The position numbers were made by a program, and so were the translations under genes. DNA of 64,000 bases from contig JAWLHY010000004.1 of assembly GCA_041690135.1 (NCBI GenBank), forward strand, positions 320,001 to 384,000. The letters run 5' to 3'. The stretch's first letter is position 1. The number at the start of each line of letters is the position of its first letter. The notes beneath the pieces were generated by a model. The model did no database searches. It was not told the origin of the DNA and was given only the letters and a program-made list of their open reading frames with translations. Shown here one piece after another: positions 9,236 through 19,486 of the stretch. The stretch is from Armatimonadota bacterium (lineage in GTDB: Bacteria > Armatimonadota > SYMT01).

Positions 9236-10486
9236 CTGATTCCCGACATCCTGGAGCGATTGCAGACCCCCGAAGGGGAGGCGGCCCTAGCGAAAGCCGC
9301 CGCACTGTGCGAGGACCCCTTTGCCGCCGAAAAGGTGCGCCGGCATCTCCCGGGCACGGAAGCAGAGCGGGCGGCGCTTGCGGCCGCCGCGGTAGAGCAG
9401 GTGCGACTGCGACGGCGGGCCCGGAGCAAGTTCCGCCGGGCGGACCGGATGTGGTTCGCGGGTCCGCTGTTGGAGCAGGCCTCCGGAGAAGTCATCGCGG
9501 CTTACCGGGCTCGCCGCTTCCACGACCGGACCCCTGCGGACTGTGAGGTAGGTGATTTCTGCTGCGGCCTGGGCGGGGACGCCGTGGCCCTGGCGGAATA
9601 CCGCCCGGTACGGGCCGTGGACCGGGATCCGCTCGCGCTGGCGCTCACCCGGATGAATGCGGAGGCATTCGAGGTCGGCGACCGGATCGCCGTGGTGCGG
9701 GGCCAACTGCCCGAGGAGGCGCCGGACGTGTTCGCCGCGTGGATTGACCCGGGCAGGCGGGAAACGGGAAGACGTACCCGTCGCCTGGACGCCATGTCGC
9801 CCACTATAGAGGAAGTATTGGCATTGCGAGGACGGATTCCGCACCTGGGCGTTAAGCTATCCCCGGCCACTGCGGACGAGGAGTTGGACGAAACCCTGCG
9901 CGGCATCCCGCACGAACGAGAATACCTTTCGGTGGATGGCGAGTGTCGCGAGTTGGCCCTGTGGCTGGGGAATCTCGCTATCCCCCTGGAGGACGGCACG
10001 GAGCAGGCAGCGGCGCAGCGGCGCGCCACCGTTTTACCCCTCGGCGAGTCGTTGCGGGGCGATCCCCGTGCCTTTGAGCCGGTCCGAGCGCCGGGCCGGT
10101 ATCTGTTCGAGCCGGACCCGGCGGTGATCCGGAGCGGCCTGGTCGCGGTGTTGGCGGAACAACTTGGGGCATGGTTTATTGACGGGGCGCTGGCGTATCT
10201 CTCGAGCAACACGCTCACGCCCTCCCCGTTCGCGCGGGGTTACGAGATTCTGGAAACGGAACCGTTCAGCGGAAAAGCCCTGGCCGAGCGCCTGCGACAG
10301 TTGGAGGCCGGCGACGTGGTCCTGAAGACCCGCGGGTTCGCCGCGGAACCGGAAACCTTGCATCGCCAACTTCGGAGAGTGCTAAAACATGGAAGGCCGG
10401 ACTGTCGGCCCGTTGTGTTCCTGACACGGCTGGGTGGACGGGCAATGATGATCTTTGGAGAACGTCTTGGAGCAGGAACCGACTAA
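9236..10486 (+). CDS. Class I SAM-dependent methyltransferase with THUMP-like C-terminus
   Basis: LEQAS, DFCCGLGGD, IDPGRR, YLFEPDPAVIRSGL; start at CTG 9236 (GGGAGG upstream) or TTG 9260. Confidence 0.85.
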   Translation: MIPDILERLQTPEGEAALAKAAALCEDPFAAEKVRRHLPGTEAERAALAAAAVEQVRLRRRARSKFRRADRMWFAGPLLEQASGEVIAAYRARRFHDRTPADCEVGDFCCGLGGDAVALAEYRPVRAVDRDPLALALTRMNAEAFEVGDRIAVVRGQLPEEAPDVFAAWIDPGRRETGRRTRRLDAMSPTIEEVLALRGRIPHLGVKLSPATADEELDETLRGIPHEREYLSVDGECRELALWLGNLAIPLEDGTEQAAAQRRATVLPLGESLRGDPRAFEPVRAPGRYLFEPDPAVIRSGLVAVLAEQLGAWFIDGALAYLSSNTLTPSPFARGYEILETEPFSGKALAERLRQLEAGDVVLKTRGFAAEPETLHRQLRRVLKHGRPDCRPVVFLTRLGGRAMMIFGERLGAGTD

Positions 10487-11588
10487 AACAGGCGAGCCCG
10501 TCCGGACCCCGGAGGCGAGGGGCGATGAGCCCCAGGACCTCATTGAACCGAGCGACGGCTCCGGAAACGGGCGGATGGTCTTCGTCCCGGCGGAGCCTGT
10601 TGTTGCCGATCCGGCGGAACCTGCTCTGGCCGGCCCCGTGGAGCCTCCCACCGCACTGCCGTCGAATCCGGACGCCAGAACAGAAGGCGCGGAAGGCGAC
10701 GAAACCCAGGACGCAACTTTGGGGGTGGAACCGGCGAAGGAAGAGGAGGCGATCCCCTCCCCCCCTCCCGCCCCGCTCCTGAAGACCTCGGTCATCGCGG
10801 CTCCCACAGAGGAAGCACCCCGGTTCGAAGAAACGCCCCGGTTCGAGGCGACGCTCCCGGAAGAGAAGAGTGAATCCGCTGCCCCTGCGGAAGCATCCGT
10901 CTCGCCGGGGGGAGTTCTCCCTACGGCCCCCCTTCCGTGGGTTGAAGCTTCGACCACTCCGACGCACGAACCCAATGTTGACGTTCTGCCGGACCGAGCG
11001 TTGGAAAGCGACCGGAGCCCACTTTCCGATCCGCCGGCCCCCCACGAGTTTGACGGTCTGCCGGAAAGAGGGCTGGAGGGCCCGTCCGTGGTGGGAGAAG
11101 AGATGGCAACTGCCTTCGCTCCCGAACTCGGAACGGTGGAGCCCGCGCGGAATTATCGTCGCCTGGCCACCCTCCGCATGCGACGTATGCGCCTGCTGCG
11201 ACCGGTGCCGGTCGAGGGCCGCTCGGAAGTCTCCCCCGACGCGGGCACGCAGGCGCCCCCCGCCGCCCCGCCGCGAGAGTTGCCTTACGAGACGGGGCCG
11301 AACTGGATGCTCGCGTTTGTCTGCCTGTGGGCAGGGGGAACCTCCCTGAACGAGGCATGGTACGTCGCCGGTCAGGCCGGCCTGGGCGCGGCCCTGTTGC
11401 GCAACGTGACCTTTCTCGGATATGGGGTCCTCGGTCTGGGACTGGTCGGTTTCGCGCTGGAGGCTCTGCAGCACGGCAAGCGCCGAAGCACCGCCACAAC
11501 TGTACTGACCGCCCTGGCGCCCGCACTGCTCACCCTGGCGGGGGTCATCCTGCTGGTCCTATCGAACGATCCCGGACGACGCATCTAG
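10455..11588 (+). CDS. Hypothetical membrane protein (Pro/Glu-rich N-terminus, 3 C-terminal TM helices)
   Basis: Long ORF in an operon arrangement; hydrophobic C-terminal segments. Confidence 0.75.
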   Translation: MENVLEQEPTKTGEPVRTPEARGDEPQDLIEPSDGSGNGRMVFVPAEPVVADPAEPALAGPVEPPTALPSNPDARTEGAEGDETQDATLGVEPAKEEEAIPSPPPAPLLKTSVIAAPTEEAPRFEETPRFEATLPEEKSESAAPAEASVSPGGVLPTAPLPWVEASTTPTHEPNVDVLPDRALESDRSPLSDPPAPHEFDGLPERGLEGPSVVGEEMATAFAPELGTVEPARNYRRLATLRMRRMRLLRPVPVEGRSEVSPDAGTQAPPAAPPRELPYETGPNWMLAFVCLWAGGTSLNEAWYVAGQAGLGAALLRNVTFLGYGVLGLGLVGFALEALQHGKRRSTATTVLTALAPALLTLAGVILLVLSNDPGRRI

Positions 11589-11608
11589 AGCCGATAGTCA
11601 AACCACCC

Positions 11609-12637
11609 ATGGAACCGCTGAAGGACTGGTACCGCTATCTCGATCAGGTCAGTCGCCCGGTGCGACGCGACTCCGAACCGGAAGCCTCGGAAGAAGAAGC
11701 GCCCTGGCGACCCTGGAAGCAGGGCGGTGCCCGCTCCGAAGAGGCCAACGAACGCCCGGCCTTCGGTACGCTCACCACGGGTACCGAGAAAGATGAAAGA
11801 GACCGGGACCTGCCGGACAGCGTGGTGCCTCCGCCGCTCTTCCCCAACCTGAACGGCGGAGTGGTGCGGCTGGGAACCTGTATGCCGGCCGGGCGTCACT
11901 TTGAAGACCTTACGGTCAACGACACGCTGCAACCGATCCCGGAGTTCACGGTACCCCAACTGCGGCCGCCGGCCCTGGAGTTGGTGGTTCCGGTATTGCC
12001 GTCGCGGCCCGGCTGCGAAGCGGGAGAGGTGCCGGACGGCGCTCGCCAGGACTCCCCCACGCCCGCACAAACGCTAAAAGCGCGCACTGCTTCGCCTCCG
12101 CTTGAAGAGCGGGAGCGGGGTTTGCCGGAGGCGCTGGGCAATCTCCTGCAAGAGGTGGTTGAGGCCGCCGTCGAAGCCCGTCTCCGGGAACCCCAGTCCG
12201 TGCCGGGAGAGGATGCGGAGGTCGAGATCAGCGGAAAGCAACCGCCCCAGCCCGGGGAGGGAGAAACGGTTGAAACGGCGGACGAGGAAACCACCCTTTC
12301 CGAGCGCGCCCCGCGTCATTGGGATTTGCTCACCCAGATTCGCGGACGCGATGTGGCCCAGAACAGCTACAAGTCTCCCTTCCAGGAGACCCGCGAGGAG
12401 TTGGTCCAGCGCCTCCTCGACCCGGAACTGACCCTGGAAGAAACGGCCCGCCTCTTGGACGTTTGCCCCACAACCGTCCGCCGCTACACGAACAAGGGGC
12501 AACTGCGTTGCTTCCGCACGCCGGGCAACCAGCGACGTTTCCGCCTTTCCGACGTGTTCGAGTTTATGGAGCACCGATTCGCGGATTCGGGAGGAGATTC
12601 CGGTGAAGAGGAAGCGGGTGATGACGAGAAGAGTTGA
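11609..12637 (+). CDS. Excisionase/BldC-type MerR-like HTH DNA-binding protein
   Basis: C-terminal LTLEETARLLDVCPTTVRRYTNKGQLRCFRTPGNQRRF. Confidence 0.8.
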   Translation: MEPLKDWYRYLDQVSRPVRRDSEPEASEEEAPWRPWKQGGARSEEANERPAFGTLTTGTEKDERDRDLPDSVVPPPLFPNLNGGVVRLGTCMPAGRHFEDLTVNDTLQPIPEFTVPQLRPPALELVVPVLPSRPGCEAGEVPDGARQDSPTPAQTLKARTASPPLEERERGLPEALGNLLQEVVEAAVEARLREPQSVPGEDAEVEISGKQPPQPGEGETVETADEETTLSERAPRHWDLLTQIRGRDVAQNSYKSPFQETREELVQRLLDPELTLEETARLLDVCPTTVRRYTNKGQLRCFRTPGNQRRFRLSDVFEFMEHRFADSGGDSGEEEAGDDEKS

Positions 12638-12724
12638 TACCCCGGTCGCAGCGGCGAAGAACCTTCGGGCCGGGACACCCCCGGCCCTGGGACGCGCCGT
12701 TGTTTGGGGCCGTGCGCCAAGCGC

Positions 12725-13219
12725 TCAGCGAACGGCCCGGGCTATTTGAACCATTTCGTCATCGGATAGAACGCACGAACTGAGAATGACGGCGCTTTCC
12801 GCCTCGTTCCAGAAAAGCCGGCGCTCTCCCCCATTCCCCGTGATGAAGAACCCCTGCTTGCCGTTGAGCTCGACCGTGGCCTCCGCCTGTTCCTGAAACA
12901 GGTTGTGATGGTACCGGTCGCGCACCGGCTCGCGCCGCTCTTGCGAGAGAATGCAGAGCGACCGATCCTGTTCATCCGTGAAATCTTGCAGGATTCTCAC
13001 CTGACCGCGCATGGCGCCGCGGATGCCGACGCGGCCACCGTATGGAAGCCAGGTCGGCGCGTAGAGATGGTACCCGAGTTCTCGCTCGAGTGTGTAGAAC
13101 CGTTCGTTCGCGATGCGCGGATCGGCGCCGCGCGTGAGCACAGGGTTCAGCCCCAGGCTGCCCGTAATTCCCAGCAGCACCAGCAGTGGTGCGACTACGA
13201 CCCATTGTTTCTGCGGCAT
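12725..13219 (-). CDS. Hypothetical exported protein (DUF4367-like)
   Basis: Signal peptide, LYAPTWLP, LSDDEMVQIARAV; GGAG RBS. Confidence 0.7.
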   Translation of the reverse strand: MPQKQWVVVAPLLVLLGITGSLGLNPVLTRGADPRIANERFYTLERELGYHLYAPTWLPYGGRVGIRGAMRGQVRILQDFTDEQDRSLCILSQERREPVRDRYHHNLFQEQAEATVELNGKQGFFITGNGGERRLFWNEAESAVILSSCVLSDDEMVQIARAVR

Positions 13220-13486
13220 GGCAGTCTCCTTTGCGGAGCAACAAGCGAGCTTTTACGACTTGAGAGGATAAAGATGAGTGCCGTCCGTGCCTCACAAGCC
13301 AACGTGAGGCACCTCGCCTGTTGTTACTGCCGGACCTGTTATTCTCCATTATGGGAAGATCTAATCCCTTCCTCCCCCGATTATCGCCGTTCTGCCTTGA
13401 TTTTGTAGAAAGAGGACTCGGTCGCAGGAGCGCCGAACGACCGAAAGACCCGATCCCTGGGCCCCCGGGTGAGAAAGAGTGAACCA

Positions 13487-14479
13487 GTGAGCGACGAGCA
13501 GATTTATGACGTTACGATCATAGGCGGCGGCCCTACCGGCCTCTTCGCGGCCTTCTACGCCGGCATGCGGCAGATGTCCACGAAGATCATCGATGGACTG
13601 GAAGAGCTCGGAGGCCAGTTGACGGCCCTGTATCCCGAGAAGTTCATCTTCGACGTTCCGGGGTTCCCCAAGGTCCTGGCTAAGGACCTGGTGGCGGCCC
13701 AGGTGGAACAGGGACTTCAATACGGCGCCACCGTGGTCCTGGGGCAGAAGGTGACCCATTTGGAACGGCGCGAGGACGGCATCTGGCGCCTGGGGAGCGA
13801 GAAGGGCCACGAGCACCTGAGCCGGACGGTGGTTATCACCGCCGGGGCGGGAAGTTTCTCACCCCGCAAGCTGCCCCTGGAGAACGTGGAGCGATGGGAA
13901 GGACACGGCATCCACTACTTCGTCCGGGACACCAGCTACTTCCAGGGACGGCAGGTGCTGATCGTCGGCGGCGGCGACAGCGCAGTTGACTGGGCGCTGC
14001 ACCTGGAGCACGTGGCGAGCAAGGTCATGCTGATCCACCGGCGCGACAAGTTCCGCGCTCACGAGGAGAGCGTCCAGAAACTCCTGGCCAGCAGCGTGGA
14101 GGTTAACCTGTTCTGGGAAGTTGGCGGGATCGATGGGGAAGACCATGTCAGCGGCGTCGAGCTCTATTCGAACCGCTCCGACGAGCGGCGGAGAGTCCCG
14201 ATCACCGACATCATCCTGTCGCTCGGCTTCCACGCCGATCTCGGCCCGATCAAGACGTGGGGGCTGGAGATGGATCACGGTTCGATCCATGTTAACTCCC
14301 GCATGGAGACGAACCTGCCCGGCGTCTATGCCGCGGGTGACGTGACCACTTACGAAGGTAAACTGAAACTGATCGCCACCGGCACCGGCGAGGCAGCCGT
14401 GGCCGTGAACCACGCCAAGACCTTCATCGACCCCAAAAGCCGGGCCTTCCCGGGCCACAGCTCGGAGATGTCCGGGTAG
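13487..14479 (+). CDS. Ferredoxin--NADP reductase (TrxB/YumC-type)
   Basis: GGGPTG, GGQLTALYPEK, GGGDSAVDWA, AAGDV, FPGHSS; no CxxC. Confidence 0.93.
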   Translation: MSDEQIYDVTIIGGGPTGLFAAFYAGMRQMSTKIIDGLEELGGQLTALYPEKFIFDVPGFPKVLAKDLVAAQVEQGLQYGATVVLGQKVTHLERREDGIWRLGSEKGHEHLSRTVVITAGAGSFSPRKLPLENVERWEGHGIHYFVRDTSYFQGRQVLIVGGGDSAVDWALHLEHVASKVMLIHRRDKFRAHEESVQKLLASSVEVNLFWEVGGIDGEDHVSGVELYSNRSDERRRVPITDIILSLGFHADLGPIKTWGLEMDHGSIHVNSRMETNLPGVYAAGDVTTYEGKLKLIATGTGEAAVAVNHAKTFIDPKSRAFPGHSSEMSG

Positions 14480-14592
14480 GGACCCGCGGTGTTCGGGTGT
14501 TCAGGCCCCCCGGAGGGCCTAGTATTCAGGCGGGAGATGCTGGTCGATTGGAATTCCCCCAATCCCCAGCCCCCGACCCCCAATCCCCAAAC

Positions 14593-14928
14593 ATGAGTAG
14601 TAATCCCGCAATCCCCCGCAAGTGGGTTCCCCTGGCGGCCGCGGCCGAGGTGCCGGAAGGCAAGGGGACCCTGGTCCGCCACGGGCGGCTGGAGATCCTG
14701 ATCTTCCACGCCAACGGCGAGTGGACCGCCTACGACAACACCTGCCCCCACGCCGGGGCGCCGATCTTCGCGGAGCATTTCGACGGAGAGTGCGTCACCT
14801 GCACCTACCACGGGCTGCGGTTCCGCGCATGCGACGGCGTGTGCCCCGAGGCGCCCGGCTGGACTCTGGAGTCGTTTCCGGTGAAGCTGGAGGACGGCCA
14901 GGTCCTCGTCGGTTTCCCGGACCTCTAG
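14593..14928 (+). CDS. Rieske [2Fe-2S] ferredoxin
   Basis: CPH..CTYH motifs. Confidence 0.9.
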   Translation: MSSNPAIPRKWVPLAAAAEVPEGKGTLVRHGRLEILIFHANGEWTAYDNTCPHAGAPIFAEHFDGECVTCTYHGLRFRACDGVCPEAPGWTLESFPVKLEDGQVLVGFPDL

Positions 14929-15073
14929 CGCCTCGCAGCCCTCCGGAATTTTTCTGCATTTCCCCCGCTTCTCACGCAGGGAATGGCCCCAGCGTGTGTG
15001 AACGGTGTATCAGTCGGTTTCTCCCACCCCACTGGCCGGGTGACCCGCGGCGCATGGGGTCCTGGGGAGAGTT

Positions 15074-15748
15074 ATGAGGAGGCTTACGGCCATGGACCAG
15101 GAAGAGAAGAGCCGGCCCTTTGTGGTCTCGCGTCGCTCGTTCATCCAGGGAGCGGGGGCGGGAGTCGCTGGGGCCGCGGTACTGGGCGGGTCGGCCGCGG
15201 TAGTCGCCCCGGAAGAGGCGGAGGCCGCTCCTGCCGCCCTCGAAACACAGGGGCCGGGACCGGTCAAGGTAACGCTCCAGATCAACGGTAAGAGGCACAC
15301 GGTGGAGGTGGAGCCCCGCACCACCCTGGTGAACGTCCTCCGGGGGGTCGGCAAGACCCCACTGGCGCCCGACCAGGTACTGACCGGCGCCAAGATCGGT
15401 TGCGACCGCGGCTCCTGCGGCGCCTGCACGGTGCTGGTGGACGGCAAACCCGTCTACTCCTGCCTGATGCTGGCGGTCGACGCCGAGGGAAGAAAGATCA
15501 CCACCGTCGAAGGGCTCGCGCGCGGGGACCGGCTGACACCGATCCAGCGCCAGATGGTCGAGAAGGACGGCTATCAGTGCGGTTACTGCACGCCCGGCTT
15601 CATCATGTCCCTCACCGCGCTGCTGGAGGAGAACTCCAAGCCGACGCTGGAGGAGGTGCAGATGGCCGTCTCCGGCAACACCTGCCGCTGTGGTGCTTAC
15701 CCGCGGATCTTTGAAGCGGCTCTGGCCGCCGCGAAGAAGGGGGCCTAG
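15074..15748 (+). CDS. Tat-exported [2Fe-2S] subunit of a xanthine dehydrogenase-family oxidoreductase (PaoA/YagT-like)
   Basis: SRRSFI Tat motif; GCDRGSCGACT, QCGYCTPG, CRC; start 15074 or 15092. Confidence 0.92.
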   Translation: MRRLTAMDQEEKSRPFVVSRRSFIQGAGAGVAGAAVLGGSAAVVAPEEAEAAPAALETQGPGPVKVTLQINGKRHTVEVEPRTTLVNVLRGVGKTPLAPDQVLTGAKIGCDRGSCGACTVLVDGKPVYSCLMLAVDAEGRKITTVEGLARGDRLTPIQRQMVEKDGYQCGYCTPGFIMSLTALLEENSKPTLEEVQMAVSGNTCRCGAYPRIFEAALAAAKKGA

Positions 15749-15750
15749 CC

Positions 15751-18015
15751 ATGCCGAGGAAGATCAAAACCGTTATCGTGGAGAACGGCTTCGAGAAGGA
15801 AGTCGAAATCGAGGTTCCGGACGGTCCCCCGGCTTCCTGGGGCGACCTGAACAAGCTCCGCATCCTGGGCAAGCGGAACCCCCGCCTGGAAGGCCCGGAG
15901 AAGGTCACCGGCCGCGCCAAGTACGCCTCCGACATCGTCCTGCCGGGGATGCTCTACGGCCGGTACGTCACCAGCGCCTACCCCGCGGCGACGATCAAGC
16001 GCATCGACCTGAGCCCCGCGGAGAGGATGCCGGGGGTGAAGGCCGTGCTCCCGATCAAAGAGGCCGGCGCCACCGTTACCTTTGCCGGCGAACCGATCGC
16101 CGCCATCGCCGCCGAGACCCCGGAGATCGCGGACGACGCCATTCGCGCCGTGAAGATCACCTACGAGCCGAAGCGGTTCGTGGTCAATCCGGACCGGGCG
16201 CTCCAGCCCGGCGCCCCCCTGGTGCGTCCGGACGTGGCCGGCAACCTGAGCCAGACCGGCCAGGCCAAGGAAGGCGACGTGGACGCCGCCTTCAAGAGTG
16301 CCTACGCCACCATCGAGGGCGTCTACGAAGCGCAAACCCGTCTCCACTGCTGTCTGGAAACGCACGGCCACACCGTGAAGTGGGACGGCGACAAGCTCAC
16401 CGCCTGGTCCTCGACCCAGCACATCGAGGGCTGCCGGAATGACTTCGGCAGCCTCGCGGGCGGGCCGGACAAGGTGCGGGTCATCTGCGAGCACATGGGT
16501 GGCGGCTTCGGCAGTAAGTTCGGCGCGAGCCTGGAAGGAATCACCGCCGCCAAGCTGGCCAAGGCGGCCAACGCGCCGGTGAAACTCATGCTCACCCGGG
16601 CGGACGAGCAGTACCACAACTTCCGGGGCCCCGGCGCGCGCGTCCACGTGAAACTGGCCGCCGCCGAGGACGGCACCCTGCTCGCCTCCGATGTCGTCAC
16701 GTTCAACAACGGCGGCACGGGCAATGCCAGCACCCGGATGGACGAGGGCTTCTTCATTATCAAGCCGCAGACCGTGCGGGTGAAGAAGCAGTCGGTCCTC
16801 ACGAATACCGGCGGCATCGCCGCTCTCCGGGCTCCCGGCCATCCCCAGGCGGCGGTGATCTGGGACATGGCGCTGGACCAGATGGCTGCCCGGCTCAACA
16901 TCGATCCGCTCGACCTTCGCAAGAAGAACCACAACGACAATGTCCGCGTGGCCGAGTGGGACCTGGGGGCCAAGATCATCGGCTGGGAGCGCCGGCAGCG
17001 CGTGCCCGGCTCGGCCCGTGGGGTCGTCAAGCGCGGCATCGGAATGGGCAGCGCCACCTGGGGCGGCGGGGGCCGGCAAACGGCCGACTCCACCGTCATC
17101 ATCGGGCGGGACGGCTCGGTGATCTCTTACTGTGGGGTCCAGGACCTGGGGACCGGCGTCCGCAACTACGTGTCGGGCATCGTGGCGGAGGAGCTCGGCC
17201 TGGAACTCGACCAGGTGGAGGCCCGGATCGGCGACACCACCTACGGCAAGGGCCACGGCTCCGGCGGCTCCACCACCACCCCCTCCGTGGCGCCGGCCGT
17301 GAAAATGGCCGCCGTGGACGCGCGCGATAAGCTGACCGCCGCTGCCGCCAAGCTGCTCAAGGTCAAGCCCGAAGAGATCGAGATCGTGCCGGGCGGCCGG
17401 TTCCAGGTGAAAGGCAAATCCGGGAAGGGCATTTCCTGGAAGCAGCTCTGCCGGACCCTGCCCGAGAAGGGTCTCAAGGCCTACGGCCTCTGGAATGCCG
17501 ACCTGGCGGCCAGCGGCGTCCGCGGCTGTAACTTCGCCGAGGTGGCGGTCGACACCGAAACCGGTAAGGTCACGATCCTCAAGGTAGTCGGCGTGCAGGA
17601 CTGCGGCGTGGTGCTGAACCGGCTCCAGGCCGAAAGCCAGATGACCGGAAGCATCATCCAGGGCATCGGGACGGCCCTCCTGGAGCACCGGCACATGGAT
17701 AACCTGACCGGCCGCATGCTGAACCCCAACTTCGAGGAGTACAAGCTCTGCGGCGCTCTCGAAGCGGGCGGGGTCAACATCACGATGGATCCCCCGTATC
17801 GCACCCTCGAGCCTGAGGAGCACGGAATCGTCACGGTCATCTTCGACAATCCTACGGGCAAGGTCAGCGGCATCGGCGAGCCGGCCGTCGTGGCCGTGCA
17901 GGCGGCGATCGCCAACGCCATCTACAACGCGATCGGTGTACACGTAGCCGAACAGCCGGCTACACCCGACCGGGTCCTGGCGGCCCTGGCCCGCAAGAAC
18001 GGAGCGACGGCATGA
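15751..18015 (+). CDS. Molybdopterin-binding subunit (PaoC/YagR-like)
   Basis: KVTGRAKYASD, GGGFGSK, RAPG, QDLGTG, SGGS, GIGE. Confidence 0.93.
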   Translation: MPRKIKTVIVENGFEKEVEIEVPDGPPASWGDLNKLRILGKRNPRLEGPEKVTGRAKYASDIVLPGMLYGRYVTSAYPAATIKRIDLSPAERMPGVKAVLPIKEAGATVTFAGEPIAAIAAETPEIADDAIRAVKITYEPKRFVVNPDRALQPGAPLVRPDVAGNLSQTGQAKEGDVDAAFKSAYATIEGVYEAQTRLHCCLETHGHTVKWDGDKLTAWSSTQHIEGCRNDFGSLAGGPDKVRVICEHMGGGFGSKFGASLEGITAAKLAKAANAPVKLMLTRADEQYHNFRGPGARVHVKLAAAEDGTLLASDVVTFNNGGTGNASTRMDEGFFIIKPQTVRVKKQSVLTNTGGIAALRAPGHPQAAVIWDMALDQMAARLNIDPLDLRKKNHNDNVRVAEWDLGAKIIGWERRQRVPGSARGVVKRGIGMGSATWGGGGRQTADSTVIIGRDGSVISYCGVQDLGTGVRNYVSGIVAEELGLELDQVEARIGDTTYGKGHGSGGSTTTPSVAPAVKMAAVDARDKLTAAAAKLLKVKPEEIEIVPGGRFQVKGKSGKGISWKQLCRTLPEKGLKAYGLWNADLAASGVRGCNFAEVAVDTETGKVTILKVVGVQDCGVVLNRLQAESQMTGSIIQGIGTALLEHRHMDNLTGRMLNPNFEEYKLCGALEAGGVNITMDPPYRTLEPEEHGIVTVIFDNPTGKVSGIGEPAVVAVQAAIANAIYNAIGVHVAEQPATPDRVLAALARKNGATA

Positions 18016-19013
18016 AAGCATTCGAATACGTTTCGGCCCGCGATCTGAAGGCCGCCTCCGAGGCACTCCGCCAGAAGCCGGAAGGGGCGAAGATCCTGGC
18101 GGGCGGGGTCGATCTGCTCACGGAGATGAAAGAGCGGATCATCGAACCCGAGCGCCTGGTCAATATCAAGACCATTCCGGGTCTCAACGGGATCAAGCTC
18201 GACCGCAAGGGCCTGACCCTGGGAGCCCTCGTGACGCTCGCCACCATCGAGCGCCACGAGAAAATCCAGGGAGCGTTCACGGCCCTCGCGGAAGCCGCGC
18301 GCTCCGTGGCCTCGCCCCAGATCCGCAACGTCGGCACGCTGGGGGGTAACCTGTGCCAGCGCCCGCGCTGCTGGTACTACCGGGACGAGACCATCAAGTG
18401 CCTGAAGAAGGGCGGATCCCGCTGCTACGCGGCGGACGACCTGGCGGAGAACAAATACAACGCCATCCTGGGCGGTGGGCCGTCGTACATCGTGCACCCG
18501 AGCGACTGCGCGCCGGCATTGATCGCCCTGGGAGCGCAGATCCGCTACGGCAACGGCGAAGGCGAGCCCCGGACGGTATCGGCGGAGGAGTTCTTCGTGC
18601 GGCCACAGGATGATCCCACGACCGAGACCATCCTGCAGCCGGGCGAGATCCTCACCGAGGTGTTCATCCCCACCCCGGCGCCCGGCACCCGCAGCACCTA
18701 CATCAAGTTCAAGGAGAAGGACTCCTTCGACTGGGCCATCTCCGCCGTGGCGGTGAGCGCCGTAACCGGCAGCGACGGCACCGTTAAGGACGTCCGCGTG
18801 GTGCTGGGCGGCGTGGCCCCGGTGCCGTGGCGCAGCAAGGAAGCCGAGGCAGTGCTGAAGGGGAAGAAGTTCTCCACCGCCCTGGCCAACGAGGCTGCGG
18901 AAGCCGCCCTCAAGAACGCCCGGCCCCTGAGCAAGAACGGCTACAAGGTCCCGCTGACCCGAGTGCTCGTCCGCCGCGCGCTGGAAGAGGTCCTTGGAGA
19001 CAAGCCGGCCTGA
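18012..19013 (+). CDS. FAD-binding subunit with [4Fe-4S] insert (PaoB/YagS-like)
   Basis: AGGVDL, SPQIRNVGTLGGNLCQRPRCWYYR, HPSD. Confidence 0.93.
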   Translation: MKAFEYVSARDLKAASEALRQKPEGAKILAGGVDLLTEMKERIIEPERLVNIKTIPGLNGIKLDRKGLTLGALVTLATIERHEKIQGAFTALAEAARSVASPQIRNVGTLGGNLCQRPRCWYYRDETIKCLKKGGSRCYAADDLAENKYNAILGGGPSYIVHPSDCAPALIALGAQIRYGNGEGEPRTVSAEEFFVRPQDDPTTETILQPGEILTEVFIPTPAPGTRSTYIKFKEKDSFDWAISAVAVSAVTGSDGTVKDVRVVLGGVAPVPWRSKEAEAVLKGKKFSTALANEAAEAALKNARPLSKNGYKVPLTRVLVRRALEEVLGDKPA

Positions 19014-19409
19014 GAAGACCCACGTCGGGTGCGCTCCACCTGACGAGTGAGAGAATAGGAGAATGGGAGACGCCGGGTGCAAGAACCATGCGTCTCCCAT
19101 TCTGCGTCAGGATCAGAGAGCCCGCTCTACTTTGGCGCGGTACCAATGCGGCATCAATGCGCCTGACCAACCTGCGTGGTCAAAATCCTGGCGCATAGAG
19201 GAGAAATGGCCGCACGGAATGTAGGCTTGCGCCCCGTGGGGGTGGCCGGATCTCGGTCCCGGCCTGGGAAGGGGCCTCGTATCGGTCCCGCCAGTCGGGA
19301 CAACACTCTGGAACCCCGCCCACTCCAGGGTTCTGGTCCAAAGGCAAACGCCTTTGCCCCGATGCCTACGGGATCGGTACGGTTTGGCCGTACGGAGAGA
19401 GAACCCAAG

Positions 19410-19446
19410 ACCAGGCAGGCATCCGAAAGCCTACCCTACACGGGTG
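19410..19446. repeat. GTAG-type REP palindrome (related copy at 32040-32100)
   Basis: aggcaggcatccgaaagcctaccctacacgggt resembles the reverse complement of 32041-32085. Confidence 0.6.
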
Positions 19447-19486
19447 CGTGATCCAAACGAACTACTTCGACCAAAGGCCGCACTTC

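Noticed and set aside
11609-12637. Prophage or ICE marked by an excisionase-like HTH
   Set aside because: No integrase, att site or phage genes nearby
15745-18066. 773-aa minus-strand ORF (also 34690-37101 + and 42032-44617 +)
   Set aside because: Antisense shadows of clear genes, expected at high GC
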